Source of the DNA: an uncultured Thermoplasmata archaeon
Lineage (GTDB): Archaea > Thermoplasmatota > Thermoplasmata > Halarchaeoplasmatales > Halarchaeoplasmataceae
NCBI GenBank assembly: GCA_964454575.1
Contig: CAYVTG010000003.1
Location: 1 to 43,331 of the forward strand
DNA: 43,331 nt
Direction: 5' to 3'
Positions 23,401 through 29,751 of this stretch are shown in pieces; the stretch's first letter is position 1, and every line of letters starts with the position of its first letter. The notes under the pieces are model-generated. The model had not been told where the DNA came from. It made no database searches and was given only the letters and a program-made list of their open reading frames with translations. Position numbers and translations under genes: made by a program.

Positions 23401-26291
23401 CCGAACGGATATCCTGCTGCGGTCAAAGCATCGCTGTAAAGTGGTTTATTGTCGTCCTCCACCATTCTACTATCATACGGCCCACCGTTGTTAAGACTGT
23501 TATCGTCGTCCACGAGTAATATCTTCGGCAATCTGGAGATGTTGAATGTGTAGTATTTACCATCCCGATCATCGATCTCTTTATTGCCTGCTTCGTCAAC
23601 GGATTCCAAGTAGAAATAGTAGGTCGAAAGTTCGTCGAGTTCGGTGAGTAGTATACGGTGTTCCAATTGTGGTGATGGTGAATAAACCGTATCGGTGGGT
23701 GGTATCGTTTTTCCGTAAACAACTTTTGAAGAACTCGGTTCGTCGGTTTCCCACGATATTTCCGTCGTGGCGTGAGGGAGTATTTCCGTGCTAACGTTAA
23801 ATATGTCCGGTGGTGTTACATCTATACGTGCAGTAGCATTTGTCCATGTGGGATCACCAGTTCTATCGTCTATGTGAAGGTAAGAAGCAGTTATTATGTC
23901 ATCGTCCTGTACCTCTAGTTGGCTGTTGTTCCGGATCGCTTCAGAAGACAGTACCAGTTCGATATCACTGGTAAAAACGCCTATATCATCTCTGATCTCT
24001 GTCAGTTTTATATATTCGATATCTCCTGTAAGATGACTGGTGATATTTACAGAGAATTCGTCTGATAATTCGGTATTAGTTAGTGTGATCAAAGGGCGTG
24101 TTTCCGTATTGTAAACCTCCCTGTCGAAACCGATATTCGTTTTGGACGAGGGCGGAGAGTACGACATGACCATCGCAAAATCCTGATCTACCTTTGAGGT
24201 ACTGGGTACTCCGTCGATGGGTACGTTATGGGCGCGGACCTTGATGGTATATTCCCCTAATTTTAGATCGTTCGTATCTATGTAAACAGCTTCGATATTG
24301 TTGAGATCATCTCTATCTGTCGCATAGGGATCGGACCATCCGTCGTAGAATTGATTGCCTCTGTATACTTTTCCGTCTGGCCCTGTCACTGTAAGGTCAA
24401 GATCGTTCACTAGGGTGGTCAGTGCAGTGGGTGAGGCCGGTGGGTCAGTCCATGTCACTACGACTTTTAGTGGAGTATCAAGACTGCCCACGTAAACGCT
24501 TTTTGTCATGTTATCTCCGGTGGTCAAACCTTTTATCTGGTCTTCGTAAAATGTCTTCCCGTCGGATCGTACCACGTTGCTCAAGTTCAGCCGCCCCCAG
24601 CCTTCGTCGAAGTTCGGTATTCCGCTCCTGTTCATATCGTTAGCACCCATGACCAGGGCAGCCTTTGTGAGTGCGGGACTGGGTTTCACACCGTATTCCT
24701 GTTCATAATATTGTACGAATGTAGCGGCGCCACCTGATACATGCGGTGCAGCCATGCTGGTACCGCTGAGATAATGATAGTGCTCATCTATCACAAATGG
24801 GTAGGAGTGTTTTGTTTCGCTCGATAGTGCTGATGAGATGTAAGTGCCAGGCGCGACGATATCGGGCTTTATACGTCCGTCACTTGTGGGACCGCGGCTG
24901 CTGAAAGATGCCATCTCATCGATGTTGTTCGCTCCGGAAGCCAGATAGGGTCGATAATTCTCAGATGCACCTACGGTTATCACATTCTTCGCCGTTCCCG
25001 GTGCACCTATGGTGGTAGGGTGTGGTCCGTCATTACCTGCTGCAAATACGATTATCATCGGATGTTCCCCCGACGTTCCGGGAAGTGCATCTCTAACGTA
25101 ACCATCGTAGCGTGCGCTGGATGCGGTGTATTCCCCATAAACCCTTGCACCCCAGCTGTTGCTTGATACATAAGCGCCGGAGTTGTAGGTATCGGCCATC
25201 AGGACATTTGGGCTGGGGAATTGTGAAACCCCGTCATCGGTGAACACTTTTTGTGCCACCAATTCAGCGGAAGGTGCAACGCCCATACCGTACAGATAGC
25301 CGTATGAATCGTTTGTACCTGTAGAACCGTCACCTGCTGCAATGCCTGCAACATGAGTCCCGTGTCCGTGTCCATCCCGGGCCGTACCGTCGGGATCGGT
25401 ATAATCAAAGAATTCTGTTACTCTCAGGTCCGGATGAACGATATTGTCCTTCCCCCCGTCTATGCCGGTGTCTACGACAGCCACTTTCTGGCCCGAACCG
25501 TCGTATCCCAAGTAGTTGACGTATGATCCAGGTCCTCCCCATGGTGAACCGGCAGTCCAGTTACCTCCGACGATCTCCGCGGAAGCCTCGTCGGAAAGGA
25601 TCGGAGGTGAAAACGGTTCTATCCAATATAGGTTTCGAATCATGGCCACATCCAGCAGAAACTTCCCGCGGATGCTTCCTTCGATACCCGTGTATGATCT
25701 GGTACTCCATACGGAGAAAACAAGGTCCATGAGTTCGCTGACTAGTTCAATCGAATTTTTAGTGTTTTCATCGTTGAAAATGAGCACGGTTATATTGACA
25801 GTTCCACTGCCATTGACATCTATTTGAGGGTGGATCTTGTGTTCGGGGATATATTCTCCCGCCCATCTTACAGGCAGCGACGATAGTTCATTGGATGATA
25901 TCTTCACACCGCTGTTGATACCGACCAGGTATGCATAATCCGGTATATACTCTATGATTTCAATGCCGCTACTCTGCAATGTTTCCAACCATTCGTTCTC
26001 TATCGGTCCAGGAAACTGGACGATGTAATAACCGGTACCGGATGAAGAAGAGATTGTGTTCAGCGAGGCCATCGTTGAACCATTCTCTACAGGATCAAAA
26101 ACAGCTGATTTCAGCTTTATCTCTACCGGTCCGTTATCTCTTAATCTCCAGTTCAATTCTTCCTCGTTAGATGTCCACCCTAAGGTACCGCCTAGTTGCA
26201 GTGATGATATCAGCATCAACACTAGTACGATAACTACGGAGAACCTCTTAACGATCATCTTGGAAGAAGGCTTCGGCATTTTTGTTGACAT
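14454..26291 (-). CDS. giant (3945 aa) membrane-anchored surface protein: signal/propeptide + subtilisin S8 peptidase + FN3/Ig-like, MAM-like, alpha/beta, Big_5-like and beta-propeller modules + C-terminal TM anchor
   Basis: One uninterrupted ORF. N-terminal hydrophobic segment FSVVIVLVLMLISSL. S8 triad VVDTGID (D274), HGTHVAG (H313), SGTSMAAPH (S512) and oxyanion AAGN. C-terminal TM LGLFLMILMMILFAIAVMVFYL followed by the basic tail RKRRWKRYRK. Confidence 0.9.
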   Translation of the reverse strand: MSTKMPKPSSKMIVKRFSVVIVLVLMLISSLQLGGTLGWTSNEEELNWRLRDNGPVEIKLKSAVFDPVENGSTMASLNTISSSSGTGYYIVQFPGPIENEWLETLQSSGIEIIEYIPDYAYLVGINSGVKISSNELSSLPVRWAGEYIPEHKIHPQIDVNGSGTVNITVLIFNDENTKNSIELVSELMDLVFSVWSTRSYTGIEGSIRGKFLLDVAMIRNLYWIEPFSPPILSDEASAEIVGGNWTAGSPWGGPGSYVNYLGYDGSGQKVAVVDTGIDGGKDNIVHPDLRVTEFFDYTDPDGTARDGHGHGTHVAGIAAGDGSTGTNDSYGYLYGMGVAPSAELVAQKVFTDDGVSQFPSPNVLMADTYNSGAYVSSNSWGARVYGEYTASSARYDGYVRDALPGTSGEHPMIIVFAAGNDGPHPTTIGAPGTAKNVITVGASENYRPYLASGANNIDEMASFSSRGPTSDGRIKPDIVAPGTYISSALSSETKHSYPFVIDEHYHYLSGTSMAAPHVSGGAATFVQYYEQEYGVKPSPALTKAALVMGANDMNRSGIPNFDEGWGRLNLSNVVRSDGKTFYEDQIKGLTTGDNMTKSVYVGSLDTPLKVVVTWTDPPASPTALTTLVNDLDLTVTGPDGKVYRGNQFYDGWSDPYATDRDDLNNIEAVYIDTNDLKLGEYTIKVRAHNVPIDGVPSTSKVDQDFAMVMSYSPPSSKTNIGFDREVYNTETRPLITLTNTELSDEFSVNITSHLTGDIEYIKLTEIRDDIGVFTSDIELVLSSEAIRNNSQLEVQDDDIITASYLHIDDRTGDPTWTNATARIDVTPPDIFNVSTEILPHATTEISWETDEPSSSKVVYGKTIPPTDTVYSPSPQLEHRILLTELDELSTYYFYLESVDEAGNKEIDDRDGKYYTFNISRLPKILLVDDDNSLNNGGPYDSRMVEDDNKPLYSDALTAAGYPFGEYVVTSGQDGPPLEVMRVYEIVIWVTGYNGYSRTRESTLTTKDISNLESYLDEGGSLWLIGPLLANDLHGRGNFVTSGDSFLRNYMGVEALYSNHEPTVNPVKGVFGTFMEDMEGNIESHWKKGVTRYDVAYELKPRAGAYGVVESGSIRYPYHGVAYERDSFRTAFFAWELSFVRPDEMIDSVKRTIDWLLEPPVGVHVSPPEQTAYGLPGDTVEHKLKVFNTGRNGADTFDVYIEDPHWNHDILYTDGTLIKDSNHNDIPDTGRISVSGSKFIIVSVHVPEDAVYRKDDTISVVFRSSLNPSISGKVNIRTVVPIVPTWHDDFEDGRENWSVDFDNVDTLWESGDPSGSEYGPDSSHSGSNCWGTNIDSLYTDHSVTTLTSPPISLKGVNTAELSFMHWYHIESINDGGIVELSYDGGRTWSRLTPKDGYPYTSGIFGGLGGEAYSGANKVWTQEIFDFYEYIDRTIMLRWHFASGDGSTRAGWYIDDVNISVSQAGIRIDEQVQGGAAQPEEDGTYEIYLSNRGSSDDVFNFQHFSDRGWEVNFYDTLWNPISDNISVDAGKTTNLKVNVTVPSDALPGDVPERTEVVFNSSVDPLVGDTVVLFTYPKAHVLLVNDDGGIGSSDYFKNAVSSTHRTFNEWVIAEQGPPDPNCMASHGSVIWFTGNHRGTHSSSLTDSLPDKHRSAIKAYLDMDGKLYLSSQGAGYIADEEGYVNFMTQYFGFRSRLNWWSYPSSAYGVDGHPIGDMMELDIYKNGEFLEELDNRGIYGEVRGNAREIFRLREGFAAATSVDDTFKTVYTGFDFAAVANADTRESLMQRILAWLDPHTHEVNIGSSLDTKEAAEDTTVEYMVRIRNLGETAESFELEANSENDWHVESYHVNGSGPLADTGIIETEGYKDILLRVSVPQDVQPGITDNVTVYAISVTDPNVTHSLMIKTVIPLPKITCEPDLVTHLANPGDSAVIPLRVHNKGGLNDTVDMDYTSIHGWPYDIRFVSTGSSLTDTDGSGERDTGDVPGLTYVDIELVIEVPVNGTNGATDFGTVTFTSSRDASAAFRTDVKTFVPVTLNWTDDMESGKGGWMTLDNNKGTAWELGNVSGHIYGPGTPYSGDNCWGTNIDSNYTKAIATLTSPAIDLKGASSAEISFYHWYSIWGDDPGNSNDDGGFLEVSTDFGETWDYVIPNEGYNETISPGVYPDRCYGQDSNGWLKGSVNLTEYIDNYILFRFYFYGTSTGAAERWAGWYIDDFRVNATFRPAAVETSIDKESTYISSEGHGNYNVSITNLGARNDSFSIIIGTPIDHGIQSSTWTYDLYHQNGTKLTDTNGDGYADTGKIRPQQTVKILLVVTPPNEADPGSFDEKPLTIVSADDDNITDEYTVHTMVPYTVPFYEDIESGEGAWRHYWISGDNIPDNWEISDVRAYSGNHSWWSGPEIATWKNGGDTALETPYFDLTGAPSDLEMTFWHWYFFESYRYSVMDGGIVEIWDNVTGEWSQIYPERGYDRTLNRLHKNPLGGMEAFTDRESFPLWERENFFLGEYANLTVKIRFRVGWNAADRGIKEGWYIDDLYIGSPLPDVELDTGNIETYSWPGETSTFTFEITNSGKIAENFELSALSSGNISVDILDASWSSITETGLMEPGDRFVLIVNATTDDLLSQGMQEHVTIHVDSASSSLVYRRACINISIPMTGPYDSDFEENATDWSHARMDGMTITDNWQITELYGIGDVWWSGKEDGEWPVGGTSALISPYIDLSDTSPIVELSFLHHYSFGDNFYGYGDGGVIEVWDNETETWTRLVPERGYPGEISRRYGNPLEGQQAFIGSSSGWIYDRFDLSGYGGKIIRVRFVVGWDLENTGKNGWYITDVYMGGIENAVVTVDTYGAIQGDQGETNIVVGRLNITSSDHPISVEQFSFKLSGSGNDGDTAGLKIYVDNDGNGVLEPEFDTYLGGGTFIRKKLRIDISGLNVQPGETMGLLLAVDLSDHAPVGTYMGVSLVDSTGVKVAAPHRVIPFENLITSMVTVHGEDTSPILIGHRPTRDATAVDLRPDISIEFDQTMDKLSFERGVLLTDGEESWSPSEISWDDDHRMVTFKPPLQLDLETDYTVTLNASYVKDERENFLDGNGNGKYEGHPKDDYSWSFTTVTPLEHDTFPPRVETTRPSNGSSGVDIEASVVVTFNESMNLSSTPSIEQTAGHDPGGWEFIGWADNHTAVWTHAPWETYDEIALNISDYKDRAGNVGEPYTWSFMTMVTPHDSDWPVFKHDQRRTGASPFETDIEDGGIQWIFETEGEVIMQPVVGEDDIIYVGDHDGYLYALTRTGELRWSKKLTDGVLHASPSVGSDGTIYMGCSEGYMYAIEQDGTLLWSVNPAYDGIMSSPIIGEDGTLFVGSLDGNLYAISPNGTLLWKFRTGGPISSSPAFADDTIYINSFDGSLYAIGVNGTLRWRFDTGQWSWSYNSPAVDENGRVYLGMNVMGDGHLFALNSEGKQIWNHTLNGSVTTSPSIAPSGSVYIGVSTKEEGILRAFRSNGTHLWDYTEAVPNSISDISIDNTGNLFFGSDRLHAVHPDGTEMWLFSPIDMNKGFFNSPTIASKNIIYITHTEGYLYAIGEELEPPSSRADPEGSLPKYTNKRNFTIPFHANDPIGLEKITLFYRINGGEWQMFDTIYLNGTACSSFFNFTAATEGYYEFFTKTENIVGRKELEKTEPEAMTTVDTVEPRSTVGDEEIVYHPQMWFHVMLSVDDDTRLERVLLYSKKDDGPWEVWKNISLVDQELSIYEGVFNFTTSDEGVYDFYSVAIDAAGNMEYKSPTSEYTVVVDKTAPEVLSHRPYSDAIDVMTDTHIEVTFDEDIDGSSVEVWLKKEEGGIVIGDWIVSESDTIIFTPHGPLEHSTNYSVTLRAGDLAGNTVEISWRFETADAKEEYTEEGSQEELSEELGLFLMILMMILFAIAVMVFYLSYSPVIRKRRWKRYRKTNLSDYEKEYFR
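15576..16649 (-). repeat. eight-bladed PQQ-like beta-propeller of the giant protein
   Basis: Eight blades with the pattern (D/E)G.LYA(I/L)...G...W: HDGYLYALTRTGELRW, SEGYMYAIEQDGTLLW, LDGNLYAISPNGTLLW, FDGSLYAIGVNGTLRW, GDGHLFALNSEGKQIW, EEGILRAFRSNGTHLW, SDRLHAVHPDGTEMW, TEGYLYAIGEE. Confidence 0.7.
17796..18338 (-). repeat. MAM-like module 4 (type B)
   Basis: aa 2652-2832: WWSGKEDGEWPVGGTSALISPYIDL...VELSFLHHYSF....DGGVIEVWDNETETWTRLVPERGY...NPLEGQQAF...GWYITDVY. Confidence 0.6.
18687..19244 (-). repeat. MAM-like module 3 (type B)
   Basis: aa 2350-2535: WWSGPE..TWKNGGDTALETPYFDL....LEMTFWHWYFFE....DGGIVEIWDNVTGEWSQIYPERGY...NPLGGMEAF...GWYIDDLY. Confidence 0.6.
19644..20195 (-). repeat. 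MAM-like module 2 (type A)
   Basis: aa 2033-2216. Shares NCWGTNIDSNYT..ATLTSPAIDLKGASSAEISFYHWY...DDGGFLEVSTDFGETW...GWYIDDF with module 1. Confidence 0.6.
21918..22445 (-). repeat. MAM-like / choice-of-anchor-J-like module 1 (type A) of the giant protein
   Basis: aa 1283-1458: W.DDFEDG..W......W.(G).......P.SG.NCWGTNIDS.YT....TLTSPPISLKG...AELSF.HWY......DGG.VE.S.DGG.TW...GWYIDD. Confidence 0.6.
24567..25604 (-). other. subtilisin-like S8 catalytic domain of the giant protein
   Basis: Asp codon 25470-25472, His codon 25353-25355 and Ser codon 24756-24758, each checked against the DNA. An I9-like propeptide block GYYIVQFPGPIENEWLETLQSSGIEIIEYIPDYAYLV lies upstream. Confidence 0.85.
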
Positions 26292-26372
26292 CTATAACAG
26301 AAAAATACGGCCGCCTGGTAAAAATAGTTTATCGTGCTTTAATGTGCGAAGTTCGACCGTTGTACTGAAAGA

Positions 26373-26381
26373 TTTATATAT
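26373..26381 (+). promoter_or_regulatory. TATA-like TTTATATAT in the divergent promoter region between the two surface-protein genes
   Basis: About 48 nt upstream of ATG 26429. A transcript starting about 25 nt downstream would contain the GGAGG at 26415-26419. Confidence 0.4.
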
Positions 26382-26414
26382 GTCCAGTCTTATCATCTGT
26401 CAGAAATATATAAT

Positions 26415-26419
26415 GGAGG
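26415..26419 (+). promoter_or_regulatory. Shine-Dalgarno GGAGG
   Basis: 9 nt upstream of ATG 26429 and directly abutting ATG 26420. Confidence 0.5.
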
Positions 26420-26428
26420 ATGTTCGGA

Positions 26429-29400
26429 ATGGGAAACAAAAAGATAGTAAGCTGGGCCTTGGTAACGTTATTGATGATATCCACTCTATCCGTGTTATTT
26501 ACGGGTAATGTGATGGGACAGACGTATTTAGGGGAAATCACACCGAGAGATGTGGATGGGACTCTGAAAAATGAATTTTTAGAGGGAGATCTTCTTTATT
26601 TTAAAGTGTCCATAACGGAAAACGCTAACGCTACAGAGACATCGGTTACATTGAAGATCAAAGATGAAAACGGTATCACTGAAGATCAAATGAGTGTGAC
26701 AACTGGTATAAATGGTATCTACGAAAGTTGGGAACAGGATCCACCTGTTTACTTCGACCTTTCCGGTTATCAAACTGGTACATACACACTGAATATAAGT
26801 CATCCCGTGGGAGACCATACAAACGCTACATTCGAAGTGTTTTCAAACTATGCTCACGGGTCTTCCGTAGAGACATGGCATGATAATGCCGGAGATATCG
26901 AACGGGAAAATTTTGTCAGGGGCAGTCTGATATATTACGATGGTTATATCCGTGATGCCTTCGACGAACCGTTGGAATGGGGAAACGTAGATGTGGGTAT
27001 TTTCCAGAAAGGAGAGGCCAATCCTGTAAGTGACCACACTAGAAGTACATTGACGGACGGATATTTTTCCAGTTCATTTATGGTTCATCAGAACTGGGAC
27101 TACGATGATTATTATCTTAATGTGACTTATGATTACGGTGGTGACATAGGCGAACAAGTCGTTGCCAGTAAACAGATAACCATCTATGAACCGGATTATA
27201 CCGACAACTCCATCATAGTCACCACGGATTCGGATTACTCAACGGAGAAGGATTACTTCTTCGAAAACGAATACTTATACTATCATCTCAAAGTCTTAGA
27301 TCAGCATGGTTGGACGCCCGAGATGTATCCGGACGATAGGGTCAGAGTATTCTTACAAAAACACGAAGAAGAACCTTACGAAATAGGCTGGCATAATTTA
27401 GATAACCTAGGATCGGCCAATCGTAGTTTTTATATCTCTCACTTGCCTTATGATGAACTTAAAGGCGACTATGATATCTTTCTTTACAGCCACGATAGCG
27501 ATATCTCCGACGGAGAGATAAAAGGGACCCTATACGCATCGGATCCATTCTATGTTATCTCGATGGATATATATATACATCCTTCACTAACTCGCTATAC
27601 ACAGGGTCAGGACATAGAGATACGTATAGAGAGTAACCTTCCCGACGAAGTCGATATCACCATCGTTAGTCAGATATCCGGATCTTATGAGATACTACAG
27701 GGGGCAGAATGGGAAGACCAGGAATTCTTGGATGAATTTTGGAATGCAGATTATAGGATACCGAGTAATACACCCGATGGAGAATATTATGTTGTCGTCA
27801 ATCGCTCCGACGACGGCAGGTTTATCGGTTCTCATCAATTTACTATTAGGAAATACACTCTTGATGTAGAAACGGAAAAGGAAGTTTACTTGCCCGGGGA
27901 AACAGTAAGAGCATACTACACGATCGAAAATATCCTTGATGGTTCACAATCAACGGGAGTAACAGTTCAATGGCGTGTAACCTACAGGAACGAAACAAAC
28001 GACGAAGTGATGTTCAAGGGAACTACGACCCAGGGTTGGTTCAGCTTCATGCTGCCAGAAGACGCTAGGACAAATCATCAATTTATAATCGAGGTCTGGG
28101 CAAATCACACTTCCGGACATACCCATGATAGAAGGTTGACGAGATATGTGGGAAGACTATCTACAGATATAACTTTAGACGATCATGAATATCTACCTGG
28201 ACAGACCATCTATCTAGATGTAGTTACAAGTGCAAACTATTATGGTTGGAATCAATATCTGGGATACGCCGACCTCAAAGTTGAATTATTAAAAGACGGC
28301 GATGTCCTTGGGGAATATACGGTAGAAACATCCACAGATTCCAGCGGCCACAGGACCATCTGGATCGAGCTGTCGGATGATATAGAAGCCGGCATATATA
28401 CGATCAGAGCCAATGGAACATACAATGATAACTGGGATGAAGATGAAGAACAATTCGAAGTCGTTGACCTTAGTAGAGTATTGACGATACACCTCCGAAC
28501 CGATAAGGGCGGTAATCATTACTATCCCGGAGACACCGTTACGATAACTTATTCCGTAACAAGGCAGGGAGAAATCGTCACAGGAGCGAATGTCAAGTAT
28601 TATGTGAGCGACTCGCAAAAAGTACACGCCTTCGAATACGCTTCAGGCGGTTCCATCGTATTTGAAATACCCACGGATTATAACCCTGAAACCAGCGGAA
28701 ATCTGGAAGTTTCAGTGTATGCCAGATATGACCAGGAAACAGTAGGATGGAACGAGATAGCTATACCTGTAGATCTAGGCAGGATATTGATTAATTCAGA
28801 TGATAATGAGTTCGAAAAAGGCGGTGATAACCTTACCTTTAGATACGAACTACTTCATATCCCACAAGGATCTATAGACACGATCGAATATCGCGTTTAC
28901 AATGCATACGGCCATATAGTGAAAATGGGTACGCCCGTCGGGGGAATGTTTGGTTTTTCCATACCGCAAAATCCTACGGAATATTACACTGGAAGCGTAA
29001 CAGTTCTTACAACCGGTGGTAACACGATAACCGCAAATATCGACATTGCAAAGAGAGCTGGATATCTGCTTTCTGTGAATATACTTACCGGATCAGATTA
29101 CACTACCGGAGTTTTCGTTCCCGGACAAAAATTGCGTGTCAGCTATGAACTGATATCCCGGGGAAACGAACCTCTTCCCGAAACGATACAATTGAGCTAC
29201 AGGATATCCGGCGAAGATTTCGCCAGAACAATTTCAACACAAAACACATCCGGTGTCGTCGAGATAACTATACCACAACTAGAGGACGGAGAATATTATC
29301 TCAACTTCAATGCACAAGGATTTGCTGACAACGGTAGGATGTTCGAAGTGGAAAATGAACCTTCCTGGGTAAACAAAAATTCCGCAATAAACGGACTCAA

Positions 29401-29674
29401 TCAGTTCGGTTTCCTTATCTTGATACTACTGATAATCGCTTTACTGCTCGGCACATTGACTTCGATAATAGTTCTTTTTAGACGTCCTAAAAGTATGAGG
29501 CAAAAGGAACCCCGGCGCAGAGAGCCTGTTGAAAGAGAAGAAGTACCGTACGAAGAACCGGAGCCGGAGATGGTAGAAGATGAAGGATATATCATCGAAG
29601 AAGGTGAGCCGGAACCGGAAGATAGATGGCAAGCCGGTGATCAGATAGAAAAAGATGAGGATATGGAATGGTAA
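26429..29674 (+). CDS. surface protein with about nine tandem macroglobulin(MG)/Ig-like beta-sandwich repeats, a C-terminal TM anchor and an acidic cytoplasmic tail
   Basis: Signal peptide KKIVSWALVTLLMISTLSVLFTGNVMG. Repeats of about 100-115 aa contain Y.PG(E/Q/D)(T/K)(V/I)-type strands (VYLPGETVRAYY, EYLPGQTIYLDV, HYYPGDTVTITY, VFVPGQKLRVSY). TM FGFLILILLIIALLLGTLTSIIVLF. I prefer ATG 26429 over 26420 because GGAGG (26415-26419) abuts 26420 but is well spaced from 26429. Confidence 0.8.
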   Translation: MGNKKIVSWALVTLLMISTLSVLFTGNVMGQTYLGEITPRDVDGTLKNEFLEGDLLYFKVSITENANATETSVTLKIKDENGITEDQMSVTTGINGIYESWEQDPPVYFDLSGYQTGTYTLNISHPVGDHTNATFEVFSNYAHGSSVETWHDNAGDIERENFVRGSLIYYDGYIRDAFDEPLEWGNVDVGIFQKGEANPVSDHTRSTLTDGYFSSSFMVHQNWDYDDYYLNVTYDYGGDIGEQVVASKQITIYEPDYTDNSIIVTTDSDYSTEKDYFFENEYLYYHLKVLDQHGWTPEMYPDDRVRVFLQKHEEEPYEIGWHNLDNLGSANRSFYISHLPYDELKGDYDIFLYSHDSDISDGEIKGTLYASDPFYVISMDIYIHPSLTRYTQGQDIEIRIESNLPDEVDITIVSQISGSYEILQGAEWEDQEFLDEFWNADYRIPSNTPDGEYYVVVNRSDDGRFIGSHQFTIRKYTLDVETEKEVYLPGETVRAYYTIENILDGSQSTGVTVQWRVTYRNETNDEVMFKGTTTQGWFSFMLPEDARTNHQFIIEVWANHTSGHTHDRRLTRYVGRLSTDITLDDHEYLPGQTIYLDVVTSANYYGWNQYLGYADLKVELLKDGDVLGEYTVETSTDSSGHRTIWIELSDDIEAGIYTIRANGTYNDNWDEDEEQFEVVDLSRVLTIHLRTDKGGNHYYPGDTVTITYSVTRQGEIVTGANVKYYVSDSQKVHAFEYASGGSIVFEIPTDYNPETSGNLEVSVYARYDQETVGWNEIAIPVDLGRILINSDDNEFEKGGDNLTFRYELLHIPQGSIDTIEYRVYNAYGHIVKMGTPVGGMFGFSIPQNPTEYYTGSVTVLTTGGNTITANIDIAKRAGYLLSVNILTGSDYTTGVFVPGQKLRVSYELISRGNEPLPETIQLSYRISGEDFARTISTQNTSGVVEITIPQLEDGEYYLNFNAQGFADNGRMFEVENEPSWVNKNSAINGLNQFGFLILILLIIALLLGTLTSIIVLFRRPKSMRQKEPRRREPVEREEVPYEEPEPEMVEDEGYIIEEGEPEPEDRWQAGDQIEKDEDMEW

Positions 29675-29727
29675 ACTACGCACAAATAGGCGTTTTACAC
29701 TACCAAAACCTAAAATACTCCTAAGTT

Positions 29728-29747
29728 ATACCCCATAAAAGGGGTAT
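29728..29747 (+). promoter_or_regulatory. perfect 7-bp hairpin (ATACCCC-ATAAAA-GGGGTAT) just upstream of the KaiC-like TTG start
   Basis: Seen directly in the sequence. The 3' arm GGGGTAT is the only SD-like purine block ahead of TTG 29752. Confidence 0.4.
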
Positions 29748-29751
29748 TCAC

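Noticed and set aside
14625-26170. Dozens of 60-154-aa ORFs on both strands inside the giant gene (for example 19119..19583 +, 17774..18121 -, 20092..20448 +, 16479..16856 +).
   Set aside because: All lie within the single uninterrupted 11.8-kb reading frame, whose translation has clear domain content. Their own translations are low-complexity or Arg/Ser/Pro-rich, so they are shadow ORFs.
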